A stretch of 50,613 nt of DNA from an uncultured Bacillales bacterium (GTDB taxonomy: Bacteria > Bacillota_I > Bacilli_A > RFN20 > CAG-826): contig CALBHT010000027.1 in assembly GCA_937892755.1 (NCBI GenBank), forward strand, positions 1 to 50,613, given 5' to 3'. Under the pieces are notes generated by a model, which was not told where the DNA came from, did no database searches, and worked only from the letters and a program-made list of their open reading frames with translations. Position 1 is the stretch's first letter, and each line of letters starts with the position of its first letter. Below are positions 25,995 through 34,858 of the stretch, piece after piece. The position numbers were made by a program, and so were the translations under genes.

Positions 25995-26459
25995 ATGGAA
26001 AAAACGAATGTGATGCGTCTATTAGACGTGAGTAAAATCGAATACACTCCCCACGAATATGATGAAACGATTGTTGATGGATTACACGTCGCTTCTACGC
26101 TTAAAGAGGATCCTGAATGCGTTTTCAAAAGCCTTGTCTGTGAAGATGGACATCATCATCATTTCATCTTCGAGGTCCCGGTTGACCGTGAATTAAATTT
26201 AAAAAAAGCCGCGAAAGCGTGTGGCGCTAAAAGTATTACGCTAATTAAGCAAAAAGAGCTTCTTCCGTTAACGGGGTATGTTCATGGTGGCTGTAGCCCC
26301 ATCGGACTTAAAAAACCGATGCCTGTCTATATTGATGAAACGGCGCAACTTTTCGATACAGTTTTCATCTCAGCAGGCAAAAAGGGTTACCAGGTCGAAC
26401 TTTCTCCAATCGATTTGGCAGATTTCGTTCAAGGCAAATTTGTCCCTCTTGCTGATTAG
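25995..26459 (+). CDS. ybaK: YbaK/EbsC-type Cys-tRNA(Pro) deacylase
   Basis: 154 aa. KTNVMRLLD...YTPHEY at the N-terminus and GYVHGGCSPIG match the YbaK family pattern. Confidence 0.82.
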   Translation: MEKTNVMRLLDVSKIEYTPHEYDETIVDGLHVASTLKEDPECVFKSLVCEDGHHHHFIFEVPVDRELNLKKAAKACGAKSITLIKQKELLPLTGYVHGGCSPIGLKKPMPVYIDETAQLFDTVFISAGKKGYQVELSPIDLADFVQGKFVPLAD

Positions 26460-26518
26460 TTTTCCCTCTTTTTGGTAAATCGCTCTTTTTTTGACTATAA
26501 GAAGAGTGAGGGCCAAAA

Positions 26519-26863
26519 ATGTTGAATGAAGTTATCGAAGAGTTTGTTTCGTGGTACGAATCGTTAATAGAAGGGGCGCTTGATCCTTTTCGGCGTGAAA
26601 TGAGTGGGGACTATGTTGAAAGGAAAATAGGTGAAGAAGCAGGGTTAGCAATAAAGAATGCCTACATGAATATAGAAGAATCTATCTTTTACTCACTACT
26701 TGAAGAAATCACTTGTGAATTGCTTCTTAATACAAACAAACATATAGCATCCTTCTTTTTGAAAAGTCCCTACGAATATATGTTTATGCCTGATTTTCTT
26801 TGCTATAAAAATGAAGTAAAAAGCAAATTAATATCGATTATATATGAAAAAGACACGTATTAA
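26519..26863 (+). CDS. Hypothetical acidic 114-aa protein (orphan)
   Basis: ORF with GAGGG 6 nt upstream. It is visibly more AT-rich, with more ATA/TTA codons, than its neighbours. I recognise no motif. Confidence 0.5.
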   Translation: MLNEVIEEFVSWYESLIEGALDPFRREMSGDYVERKIGEEAGLAIKNAYMNIEESIFYSLLEEITCELLLNTNKHIASFFLKSPYEYMFMPDFLCYKNEVKSKLISIIYEKDTY

Positions 26864-26889
26864 TCGATGAAAAATATCGATTGTAAAAG

Positions 26890-26916
26890 TTAGCACTCAA
26901 ATGTTGACAGTGCCAA
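26890..26916. promoter_or_regulatory. Degenerate CIRCE (HrcA operator) overlapping the hsp20 -35
   Basis: TTAGCACTC-AAATGTTGA-CAGTGCCAA. The left arm is perfect and the right arm matches 7/9 of the consensus TTAGCACTC-N9-GAGTGCTAA. Confidence 0.55.
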
Positions 26917-26931
26917 AAATGAAGGTATCAT
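26904..26931 (+). promoter_or_regulatory. sigma-A promoter of hsp20
   Basis: TTGACA (26904-26909), 16 nt, TATCAT (26926-26931). Confidence 0.6.
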
Positions 26932-26935
26932 ATAG

Positions 26936-26962
26936 TTAGCACTTAGGAATGATGAGTGCTAA
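26936..26962. promoter_or_regulatory. CIRCE element (HrcA operator)
   Basis: TTAGCACTT-AGGAATGAT-GAGTGCTAA has 17/18 arm positions matching consensus with exact 9-nt spacing. It lies between the -10 and the SD GGAGGA (26970-26975). Confidence 0.85.
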
Positions 26963-26984
26963 ATGATATGGAGGAAAAAGTATT

Positions 26985-27407
26985 ATGTACGATCTCAAAA
27001 ATAGAAATAATCCGCTTGAACACGTTTTGTTCGATGATTGGTTTATGCCAGAAACCAACAAAGGTCTTCAAATGAGAACTGATATCAAAGAGGACGAGAA
27101 TAACTACGTCCTTGAAGTTGAACTTCCAGGCATTGATAAGAAAGACATCGATATTTCTCTTGAAAATGGCTACCTCACCATTAAAGCTTGCGCTCACAAT
27201 AAATTTAAAGAGCATGAGAATGGCAATGAAAATAAGAAATTTGTCCACAGAGAACGTTTCTATGGCGTTTCTTCGAGAAGCTATTACATCGGAGATGTCG
27301 ATAAAAAGACGATTAACGCGTCCTTCGAAAATGGAATTCTTTCTGTGACGTTCCCAAAAGAGAACCAAGCCAAGAAAGAAGAAGACCGCCGTATCGAAAT
27401 CAAGTAA
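26985..27407 (+). CDS. Small heat-shock protein, Hsp20/alpha-crystallin family
   Basis: Alpha-crystallin domain TDIKEDENNYVLEVELPGIDKKDIDISLENGYLTIKA ... GILSVTFPK, with the C-terminal IEIK (I-x-I) motif. Confidence 0.92.
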   Translation: MYDLKNRNNPLEHVLFDDWFMPETNKGLQMRTDIKEDENNYVLEVELPGIDKKDIDISLENGYLTIKACAHNKFKEHENGNENKKFVHRERFYGVSSRSYYIGDVDKKTINASFENGILSVTFPKENQAKKEEDRRIEIK

Positions 27408-27434
27408 CCCTAGCTTGATTCGAGATAAATAAAG

Positions 27435-27471
27435 GAGCAGGTTACCCTTTCTCACCTGCTCTTTTCTTTTT
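27435..27471. terminator. Bidirectional terminator between hsp20 and the M24 peptidase gene
   Basis: Stem GAGCAGGT (27435-27442) / ACCTGCTC (27454-27461), followed by TTTTCTTTTT and preceded by an A-rich tract. Confidence 0.75.
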
Positions 27472-27478
27472 ATAAAGA

Positions 27479-28666
27479 TTATAAAGACAAGATAGGGACG
27501 ATTTGCTCTTGCCTACCCGCAACCACAATCGGCCGATTGTTTTCAATATAAACGTTTGTTTCGCTTCTCATGCCGAAATCGGGTGCATAGATTCCTGGTT
27601 CCAAGGAGAAGCATATTCCATTCAAAATCGTTCTATCGTCGTGGGATTCGTAATTATCCATATTTACGCCAGGGCCATGGGGACCTACATCGACAGCGAT
27701 ATTGTGACCAACGCGATGGACGTAATAATTACCATATCCTTTTTCTTGTATGTAGCGTCGTGAAACATCATCTACTTCATAACCTTTGATAGGGTGTAGA
27801 GGAAGTTCCCTCTCTAAAAAATCTACGCAACGATCAATATCCTCTTTTAGAATGGCAAAACGTTCTGCGTATACTTTTGGAACGCTATCTCCAACGTAGC
27901 CCATCCAAGTGATGTCGGCGTACACTCCTTCTAGATGATTCATTTTCGCCCACATATCAATCAAAACTAAATCACCTGGTTTGATGGGTGAATGAATCTC
28001 TTTTGTCGGTCCATAGTGGGGGTTACTAGCATTCTTTCCAATTGCGACAATTGGTTCGTCATCATAAACCATTCCTTCTTCGTGGAAACGCCGACAGATA
28101 AATTGTTGGATTTCGTATTCGTCCGTTTCGCCGTTTTTGAGGACGAGTTCCTTTATTTTACGGAATGCTTCATCTTTGATTTTAAGGGTTAACGTATCCG
28201 CTTGAAGCTGGAGCTTATGTGCGTTTTCTGAATAAACGGCCGTGAGTGTTTGCAAAAGATCGCCACTCGAACTCACTTGGATTCCTAGGCTCATAATGTA
28301 AGAAACGGAGCCATAGTCGGCAAGGGAGACACGAGGGAGCAATCCACGGTCGGATATATCCATGAGCACGTTGTGATAAGAAGAGAACAAACGTTTCTCG
28401 AGCTCAAGCATCTCTTGCCAAGTTTTATAAACATACAAATCGAAATATTTTTTTGTTTTCTCGTCATTAAGAAAAACCGTGTCAATCGCATGGCATATTA
28501 AGTAAGGACGCCCAACCTTCGGGATTATAAGGAAAATTTTCCGTGTTAGCATTTTGTTCCCAAGTAAAGAAACGAGCGCTTGATTCTTGTTTTCATAATC
28601 AACGATGATCCATGCGTCTTGATTCATTGCGAGTATTTGTTTTTGTATCGTTTTTATATTTGCCAT
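27479..28666 (-). CDS. M24-family Xaa-Pro aminopeptidase/dipeptidase
   Basis: Pita-bread fold metal ligands are readable in LIDMWA..YADITW, HRVGHNIA, FSLEPGIY and SETNVY. Confidence 0.82.
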   Translation of the reverse strand: MANIKTIQKQILAMNQDAWIIVDYENKNQALVSLLGNKMLTRKIFLIIPKVGRPYLICHAIDTVFLNDEKTKKYFDLYVYKTWQEMLELEKRLFSSYHNVLMDISDRGLLPRVSLADYGSVSYIMSLGIQVSSSGDLLQTLTAVYSENAHKLQLQADTLTLKIKDEAFRKIKELVLKNGETDEYEIQQFICRRFHEEGMVYDDEPIVAIGKNASNPHYGPTKEIHSPIKPGDLVLIDMWAKMNHLEGVYADITWMGYVGDSVPKVYAERFAILKEDIDRCVDFLERELPLHPIKGYEVDDVSRRYIQEKGYGNYYVHRVGHNIAVDVGPHGPGVNMDNYESHDDRTILNGICFSLEPGIYAPDFGMRSETNVYIENNRPIVVAGRQEQIVPILSL

Positions 28667-28722
28667 AAATTCTCCGCGGATATTGTTTCACTATTTTAGT
28701 TCGTTTCCACTAAAATGATTGC

Positions 28723-30438
28723 ATGAAACGAATTGATAAAAACAAACTTCCAAATCCATATTTCGCAAGAGAAAAAACTTATTTGCTCAATGGTGAGTGG
28801 GAATTCGAAATGAACCACGATGATTCAATCCCCGATCACTTTTCGAGTAACATTATTGTTCCCTTTGCTCCAGAAACAAAAGATAGCGGCATCGAGAAAA
28901 CGATAACGAAAAACGATATACTTCATTACCATTTAGAATTAAATTATGATGAAGATATTATTGGAAAGAAAATCCGGTTGGTATTTCAAGCGGTTGATCA
29001 AGTATCAGATTTGTATTTTAATCGTATCCATAAACTTCATCACGAGGGTGGCTATCTTCCTTTTTCTTTAGTGATTGAGGAGGCTAAAAAAGGGGATACG
29101 ATTGACTTAACAGTAAAGGATGATACGGATTCTACAATTTATCCAAAAGGGAAGCAAACACTTCACCCCCATGGTATGTTTTATCATGCCACCAGCGGAA
29201 TTTGGGGAGACGTTTATTTAGAAATCCTCCCAAAAGGCGGTCATATTGATGATTTTTTTGTTCAAAGTGATTTTGATAATAAAAAAATCTATCTTAAAAA
29301 CATCCATTTATCGAACAAGGAAGATACATTAGTTGAAGGATATCTACTTTACGAAGGAAAGACGGTTCAAACATTGAGTTTTGATTCCAGCTTCGATTTA
29401 AAAGAGTGCTTCCATCCGTGGTCCACTTTCGAGCCCTCTTTATATGAAATTGAACTTCACTATAAAGACGATATTGTTACTACATCTTTCGGGGTGAGAA
29501 AGTTTGAAATTAAAAACTATAAAGACATTAAATTATTCTATCTGAATAACCATGCGATTTACCTCAATGGATTGCTTGATCAAGGTTATCATTCTCCTAC
29601 AGGCGGAATGACGCCTCCCTCCGAAGACCTTGTTTTAAAAGATCTTCAATATGTCAAAGACTGCGGATTCAATTTTTTAAGAAAACACATCAAGGTGGAA
29701 AGCCCAAGATGGTATTATCTTTGCGATAAGCTAGGCATTGTCGTAATGCAGGATTTCGTATCTACGGGTGATCGTTATAATACGTTTCGCCTAGCCGTCT
29801 TGCCCACGATTGGCTTTTTAAAAGGGAAGAAAAACGCGAATGCTAATCGCTCTGAATTGAATTCGCAAAAATTCTTTGAACAGGAGATGCCTATTTTTGT
29901 CGATCATTTTAAAAACTACACATCCGTTTGCCTTTGGTGCCTCTTTAACGAAGGGTGGGGGCAATTTGATGCGACGAGATTGACCGAAAAACTTCGTTCT
30001 CTTGATCCTATTCGCCCAATCGATTCTACTTCTGGCTGGTTCGATGAAGGCGCGGGGGATATTGATAGCAAACATGTCTATTTTCGGAAACCTCGCTTAA
30101 AAAATAAGAAAGACAGGGTCTTGTTTTTAAGCGAATTCGGTGGTTTCGCATTAAAGGTACCTGGGCATGTTTTCACTAGAAAATCATTCGGATATAAAAT
30201 TCTTTCAAGTCAAGAAGAGCTTACTCGTTGGTTAGAAAAAACGTATCTTAAGCAAATTGTACCTTTGATTGAAAAACAAGGCCTCTGCGGAACTGTGTAT
30301 ACCCAGTTAAGCGATGTGGAAGACGAAATCAATGGGTTGGTTACTTATGACCGCGCTGTTTATAAAGTTCCCGCTTCCCAGATGTTTAGTATTAATCAAA
30401 AAGTGTATTCCGCCTTTGAGAAGTTCACAAAAGAATAA
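28723..30438 (+). CDS. Glycoside hydrolase family 2 (short, ~570-aa form)
   Basis: LNGEWEF sugar-binding start, TIM-barrel blocks NFLRKHIKVESPRWYYLCDKLGIVVMQD, CLFNEGWGQ (acid/base Glu) and LSEFGG (nucleophile Glu). Confidence 0.72.
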   Translation: MKRIDKNKLPNPYFAREKTYLLNGEWEFEMNHDDSIPDHFSSNIIVPFAPETKDSGIEKTITKNDILHYHLELNYDEDIIGKKIRLVFQAVDQVSDLYFNRIHKLHHEGGYLPFSLVIEEAKKGDTIDLTVKDDTDSTIYPKGKQTLHPHGMFYHATSGIWGDVYLEILPKGGHIDDFFVQSDFDNKKIYLKNIHLSNKEDTLVEGYLLYEGKTVQTLSFDSSFDLKECFHPWSTFEPSLYEIELHYKDDIVTTSFGVRKFEIKNYKDIKLFYLNNHAIYLNGLLDQGYHSPTGGMTPPSEDLVLKDLQYVKDCGFNFLRKHIKVESPRWYYLCDKLGIVVMQDFVSTGDRYNTFRLAVLPTIGFLKGKKNANANRSELNSQKFFEQEMPIFVDHFKNYTSVCLWCLFNEGWGQFDATRLTEKLRSLDPIRPIDSTSGWFDEGAGDIDSKHVYFRKPRLKNKKDRVLFLSEFGGFALKVPGHVFTRKSFGYKILSSQEELTRWLEKTYLKQIVPLIEKQGLCGTVYTQLSDVEDEINGLVTYDRAVYKVPASQMFSINQKVYSAFEKFTKE

Positions 30439-30495
30439 GGAGAAGAAAGCACTTTCTTACATGAAACAAGAAAAAAGACCATATAATCCTTTTCT

Positions 30496-31287
30496 ATGAC
30501 GAATCAGAGAATTCACATTGCCTTCTTCGATATCGATTGGACTTTGTATGACCATCAAAATCGAGCATGGTCAACGAAGTCGCTTGAAGCAATCAAAGAA
30601 CTTCAAGCAGAAGGGGTCAAAGCTGTTCTTTGTAGTGCGCGCCCCTTTCACTCTATGAAAATTTTCGGCGTTTTTGATTTGGGGATTCATTGGGACGGTT
30701 ATATTTCCAGCGCAGGAGCATGCGCTTACGTGGACGGCCAATTTATTCGCAAGACGTTAATGGACCCATCGCGCGTTCGGGAATTTTTGTCGCTCGTGGA
30801 AGAAAACGGGCTCACGACTGAAATCGTTGGTCCTCTTTACCGAAAACTAGCTTTTCCGCAGAATGCGATTTCAAAAGAATACTATGCTAGATTCACAGAG
30901 CAGATTCCCACCTTATCTCCTTATGAAGGAGAAGAAGTAACTGGGCTTAATTTATTTTCTCATGAAGATACGGACTCCCTTTTTCTTTCTCGTTTTCCTG
31001 ATTTTACTTTTTATCGCTATGCTCCCTTCGCTGTTGATGTTGCGGGTGAGCCACATCAAAAAGGAGATGCGATTGACGTTGTTTTAAAATATTTCGGATT
31101 CAGTAAGAGTGAAGGCATTGGCTTTGGAGATGACTACCAAGACATTTCCATGGCGGAGCATCTTGGAACTTTCGTGGCGATGAACAACGGCCGTGATGAA
31201 GTGAAAGCGGTTGCTTCCTTCGTTGCTCCTGATGTCTGGAACGATGGTGTTTATTGGGGACTAAAGCATTATCGACTTATCGATTAA
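30496..31287 (+). CDS. Cof-type HAD-IIB sugar phosphatase
   Basis: Motif I FFDIDWTLY, motif II CSARP and motif IV GFGDDYQDISM. TATAAT (30482-30487) lies 8 nt before the ATG, with no SD. Confidence 0.82.
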   Translation: MTNQRIHIAFFDIDWTLYDHQNRAWSTKSLEAIKELQAEGVKAVLCSARPFHSMKIFGVFDLGIHWDGYISSAGACAYVDGQFIRKTLMDPSRVREFLSLVEENGLTTEIVGPLYRKLAFPQNAISKEYYARFTEQIPTLSPYEGEEVTGLNLFSHEDTDSLFLSRFPDFTFYRYAPFAVDVAGEPHQKGDAIDVVLKYFGFSKSEGIGFGDDYQDISMAEHLGTFVAMNNGRDEVKAVASFVAPDVWNDGVYWGLKHYRLID

Positions 31288-31368
31288 ACACACTTTTTCG
31301 CTTTTCTTTAAAGAAAAGAGAACAACTTCTTTTTTTCTTGGAGCGAATGAGTATGATATGCATACTAT

Positions 31369-33999
31369 ATGGCTAAATTGAATCAACGAAAAACGCCGTT
31401 TGTCGATAGAGTAAGAGAATATATAGCAGAAGATGTTGTCCCTTTTGATGTGCCGGGTCACCACATGGGCAATATTATTAACGCTGCGACCGAACTTCTT
31501 GGTCAAAGCGTTTATCGAGCGGATATCAATGCGCCGATTGGCCTCGATAATCTTGCTAAGCCCCATGGCGTAATTTTGGAGGCGGAGCAACTTCTTGCCG
31601 ACGCTTGTGGCGCTGACGAAGGTTTCTTTTTAATTGACGGAACCAGCAGCGGCATTATCGCCATGATTATGACGGTTTGCAAAGCGGGGGAGAAGATCAT
31701 CATGCCTCGCAATGTTCATAAATCCGTTATTAATGCGCTCATCCTCTCAGGTGCCGTACCCGTCTATGTGATGCCAGAAATAGATAACGATTTGGAAATC
31801 GCGAACCAGCCTTCCCTCGAGACGTGGAAAAAGGCGATTATTCGAAATCCAAGTGCGAAAGCGGTCTTCGTGATTAATCCTACTTATTTCGGTTCAACCT
31901 GTGATTTGAAAGAGCTTGTCACTTTTGCTCATGCGCACAAGATGGCCGTTCTTTGCGACGAAGCTCATGGTGCTCATTATTATTTCAAAACAAAATCGCA
32001 TCCTATTTCTGCAATGGAAGCTGGCGCAGACATGAGCGCAGCGAGTTTTCATAAAACCGTTGGTTCTTTGACTCAAAGTTCCGTTCTTTTATTGCATACT
32101 TATTCGTTTAAAAGAGAAGATGTTCAAAAAAATATCAATATTTTGAATTCGACTTCTCCTTCGCCGACTTTACTTTGCTCTCTTGATGCCGCCCGTTCGT
32201 TTATGGCGACAAAAGAAGGGGCAAAAGCCATGGAGGGGGTGTATTCTTTGGCAAAATATGCGAGAAACGAGATTGCAAAAATTCCGGGTTTCATAGACGA
32301 GGGGAGAGAACATTTTTTGGCTCATGGATCCTACAACTTTGACGAAACCAAGCTCGTTATTGGCCTTGACCGACTCGATATTGATGGCTATGAGCTATAT
32401 CGTTTACTCAAAAGCGATTACGATATTCAAATGGAACTTGCAGAGCCCTATGCCGTTTTGGGAATTCTTGCCATTGGCACAAAGAAAGAACATATTGACC
32501 GTCTCGTTTCCGCTTTAAAAGATGTCTCTTCTAAGCACTTCAATAAAGGCATTGTTTATGAAGATCATCACTTCGACAGCAAATTTCCTTACCAGTTACT
32601 AAGGCCGCGTGTTGCTTATGCCGCGCCAGGGAAAACGATTGAGCTCGATGACTGCGATGGAGAAATCAGCCAAGAGCAAGTCATGATGTATCCGCCAGGC
32701 ATTCCTCTTATCGTTCCAGGCGAAGTTTGGAATAAAGAACTGATCGATCGCGTAAAAGATATCCAAAAGAATGGCCTCACTCTTCTAAGCAATCATCGTG
32801 AAGGGTTTGATGTCATTGACACAACAAAATGGCGCCGCTTCTACATCTACGAGAAAAAACTCAATGATTATTACGAAAATAAGAAAACTACACCTTCTGC
32901 TGATGGTTTCCGCCTTCCTTTCGAAGGAACGGCTCATCAATCAACGGTTGTTTTAATTCCTTTCCGAGCGGATACGTGGCGCGAAAAAGGCATCCCCGCA
33001 AGAAAAGAGTTCTTCGAGATTATTTCTGCGATCGCTGAGCACGAAAAAGTCATCGTTGGGGTTCACCCAAATCTTTTTAAAGACCTTTATCCGCTTTTAA
33101 AGGCAATCCCGAATGTGGAACCGATATCAATTCGCTATAACGATGCGTGGGCTCGCGACAACATGCCTTTGTTTGTAACAAATCAAAAGACGAAAGCAAT
33201 GCGAACGGTTGATTTCCGCTTTAATGCGTGGGGTGGCGATTTTGACGGATTATACCGCAATTACAAAGACGACGACCGTCTCGGTTCTCTCTTTAGCAAA
33301 CGCATGAAACTTCTTTCTTATTACTTACCATCTTTTATTTTGGAAGGCGGAAGCATTGCAGTAGACGGAGAAGGAACGCTCATCACAACGGAAGCGTGCT
33401 TATTAAGCAAGGGGAGAAACCCAAACCTTTCAAAGCCAGAAATCGAAGAGGTTCTTCGTGAGTATTTAGGCGTAGACAAAGTCATTTGGGTACCGCATGG
33501 TATCTATGAAGACGAGACGGATGAACATATCGATAACATGGTCGCTTTTGTAAAACCTGGTGAAATTGTGATGGCGTGGACAGATGATAAAAACGATCCT
33601 CAATACGCTTATTGCGAAGCTACTTATGAGGTTCTGCGTAAATCGGCCGATGCCCAAGGACGCAAACTTAAGATTCATAAGATTCCAGTTCCTTCACCCG
33701 CTTTGTTCGTCACAAAAGAAGAAACAAAAGGTTTGGTGAATGGCAGGGGCACCATTAAAAAGCGGATGGCTGGAGACCGCTTATCGGCAAGTTATATTAA
33801 TTTCTATCAAGGAAAAGATTTTGTGATTATGCCTGCTTTTGGCGTGAAAGAAGATAAAGAAGCCAATCGTATTTTATCTTCCTTGTTCCCAACAAAAACG
33901 ATTCACCAAATTTATACGAGAGAGATTTTACTAGGCGGTGGCAACATTCACTGCATCACAATGCAAATTCCGCAGATAGGAGAAAAACATGAAAATTAA
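31369..33999 (+). CDS. Fusion protein: Orn/Lys/Arg-decarboxylase-family (SpeA-type arginine decarboxylase) domain plus agmatine deiminase (AguA) domain
   Basis: N-terminal half: FDVPGHHMG and the PLP-Lys motif SFHKTVGSLTQSS. After about aa 503: WARDNMPLF, LEGGSIAVDGEGTLITTEACLL..GRNP, DEHIDN and the catalytic Cys motif LGGGNIHCITMQIP. It is one uninterrupted 876-codon frame. Confidence 0.85.
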   Translation: MAKLNQRKTPFVDRVREYIAEDVVPFDVPGHHMGNIINAATELLGQSVYRADINAPIGLDNLAKPHGVILEAEQLLADACGADEGFFLIDGTSSGIIAMIMTVCKAGEKIIMPRNVHKSVINALILSGAVPVYVMPEIDNDLEIANQPSLETWKKAIIRNPSAKAVFVINPTYFGSTCDLKELVTFAHAHKMAVLCDEAHGAHYYFKTKSHPISAMEAGADMSAASFHKTVGSLTQSSVLLLHTYSFKREDVQKNINILNSTSPSPTLLCSLDAARSFMATKEGAKAMEGVYSLAKYARNEIAKIPGFIDEGREHFLAHGSYNFDETKLVIGLDRLDIDGYELYRLLKSDYDIQMELAEPYAVLGILAIGTKKEHIDRLVSALKDVSSKHFNKGIVYEDHHFDSKFPYQLLRPRVAYAAPGKTIELDDCDGEISQEQVMMYPPGIPLIVPGEVWNKELIDRVKDIQKNGLTLLSNHREGFDVIDTTKWRRFYIYEKKLNDYYENKKTTPSADGFRLPFEGTAHQSTVVLIPFRADTWREKGIPARKEFFEIISAIAEHEKVIVGVHPNLFKDLYPLLKAIPNVEPISIRYNDAWARDNMPLFVTNQKTKAMRTVDFRFNAWGGDFDGLYRNYKDDDRLGSLFSKRMKLLSYYLPSFILEGGSIAVDGEGTLITTEACLLSKGRNPNLSKPEIEEVLREYLGVDKVIWVPHGIYEDETDEHIDNMVAFVKPGEIVMAWTDDKNDPQYAYCEATYEVLRKSADAQGRKLKIHKIPVPSPALFVTKEETKGLVNGRGTIKKRMAGDRLSASYINFYQGKDFVIMPAFGVKEDKEANRILSSLFPTKTIHQIYTREILLGGGNIHCITMQIPQIGEKHEN

Positions 34000-34852
34000 A
34001 GCCGCAATTACGCAATTTGCCATGTCTTCCAAATATGAAGAAAACATTGCAAAAGCCGACTATCTTATCGAAAAAGCTGCAAAAGAAGGAGCGAATGTCG
34101 TTCTTTTGCCAGAACTTTTTGAAGGACCTTATTTTTGCCAAATTGAAGACTACGATAATTTTTCTTTAGCAGAGCCTTTCAAAACAAGTAAAACTATCGC
34201 CCATTTTTCTCAAATCGCTAAAAAGTTTCACGTTGTTCTTCCTCTTTCTTTCTTTGAGAAAGCAGGGGTAGCCTATTTTAATTCCCTTGCTATGATTGAC
34301 GCAGACGGTACAGTGTTGGGGCTTTACCGCAAAAGCCATATTCCAACAGGCGAATGTTATGAGGAGAAATTCTATTTTTCCGAAGGGGATACAGGCTTTA
34401 AAGTTTTTGAAACTAAATGCGGGAAGATTGGCGTCGGTATTTGCTGGGATCAGTGGTTCCCAGAAGTGGCGAGGATTCTTGCTTTGAAAGGCGCTGAATT
34501 AATCGTGTATCCTACCGCAATCGGGAGTGAACCGGTTTTGCCAAGAGATTCTAAGAACCACTGGCAAAATGTAATGAAGGGCCACGCGGCCGCAAATTTA
34601 ATTCCTGTTTTGGCGAGCAACCGCATCGGCAAGGAAAACGCTGGTTCTTCATCAATGACTTTTTTCGGCTCCTCTTTCGTCGCAGATCACCATGGCGATT
34701 TTCTAGTAGAGATGAGCCGTGACGAAGAAGGGGTCGCCGTTTGCGAACTGGACTTGTCTATTTCTAATAAAGATCGCATTGATTGGGGCGTGTTCCGCGA
34801 CCGCAGAACCGATCTTTATTCCGGGATTTTAAAGAAAACTTTGGAGGATTGA
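33989..34852 (+). CDS. aguB: N-carbamoylputrescine amidase (CN-hydrolase)
   Basis: Catalytic triad blocks LLPELF (Glu), YRKSHIP (Lys) and GVGICWDQWFPE (Cys). SD GGAGA is present. The start overlaps the fusion gene by 11 nt. Confidence 0.88.
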   Translation: MKIKAAITQFAMSSKYEENIAKADYLIEKAAKEGANVVLLPELFEGPYFCQIEDYDNFSLAEPFKTSKTIAHFSQIAKKFHVVLPLSFFEKAGVAYFNSLAMIDADGTVLGLYRKSHIPTGECYEEKFYFSEGDTGFKVFETKCGKIGVGICWDQWFPEVARILALKGAELIVYPTAIGSEPVLPRDSKNHWQNVMKGHAAANLIPVLASNRIGKENAGSSSMTFFGSSFVADHHGDFLVEMSRDEEGVAVCELDLSISNKDRIDWGVFRDRRTDLYSGILKKTLED

Positions 34853-34858
34853 CGACCC

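Noticed and set aside
26943-27455. 170-aa ORF antisense to hsp20
   Set aside because: It is a shadow ORF on the opposite strand of a gene with an unmistakable alpha-crystallin domain, SD, promoter and CIRCE. It has no SD or motif of its own. The same reasoning applies to the other antisense or out-of-frame ORFs in the track (for example 99-536, 1305-1670, 4640-5089, 9056-9406 and 39357-39758).
30461-30499. 12-codon upstream ORF (MKQEKRPYNPFL) overlapping the Cof ATG by ATGA
   Set aside because: The only SD-like sequence is ~18 nt away, and the frame is merely the tail of a longer spurious ORF (30314-30499) inside the GH2 gene.
34853-34858. yybP-ykoY manganese riboswitch upstream of mntP
   Set aside because: Only 6 nt separate aguB from the mntP GTG, so there is no room for a riboswitch. 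mntP appears to be read through from the polyamine genes.
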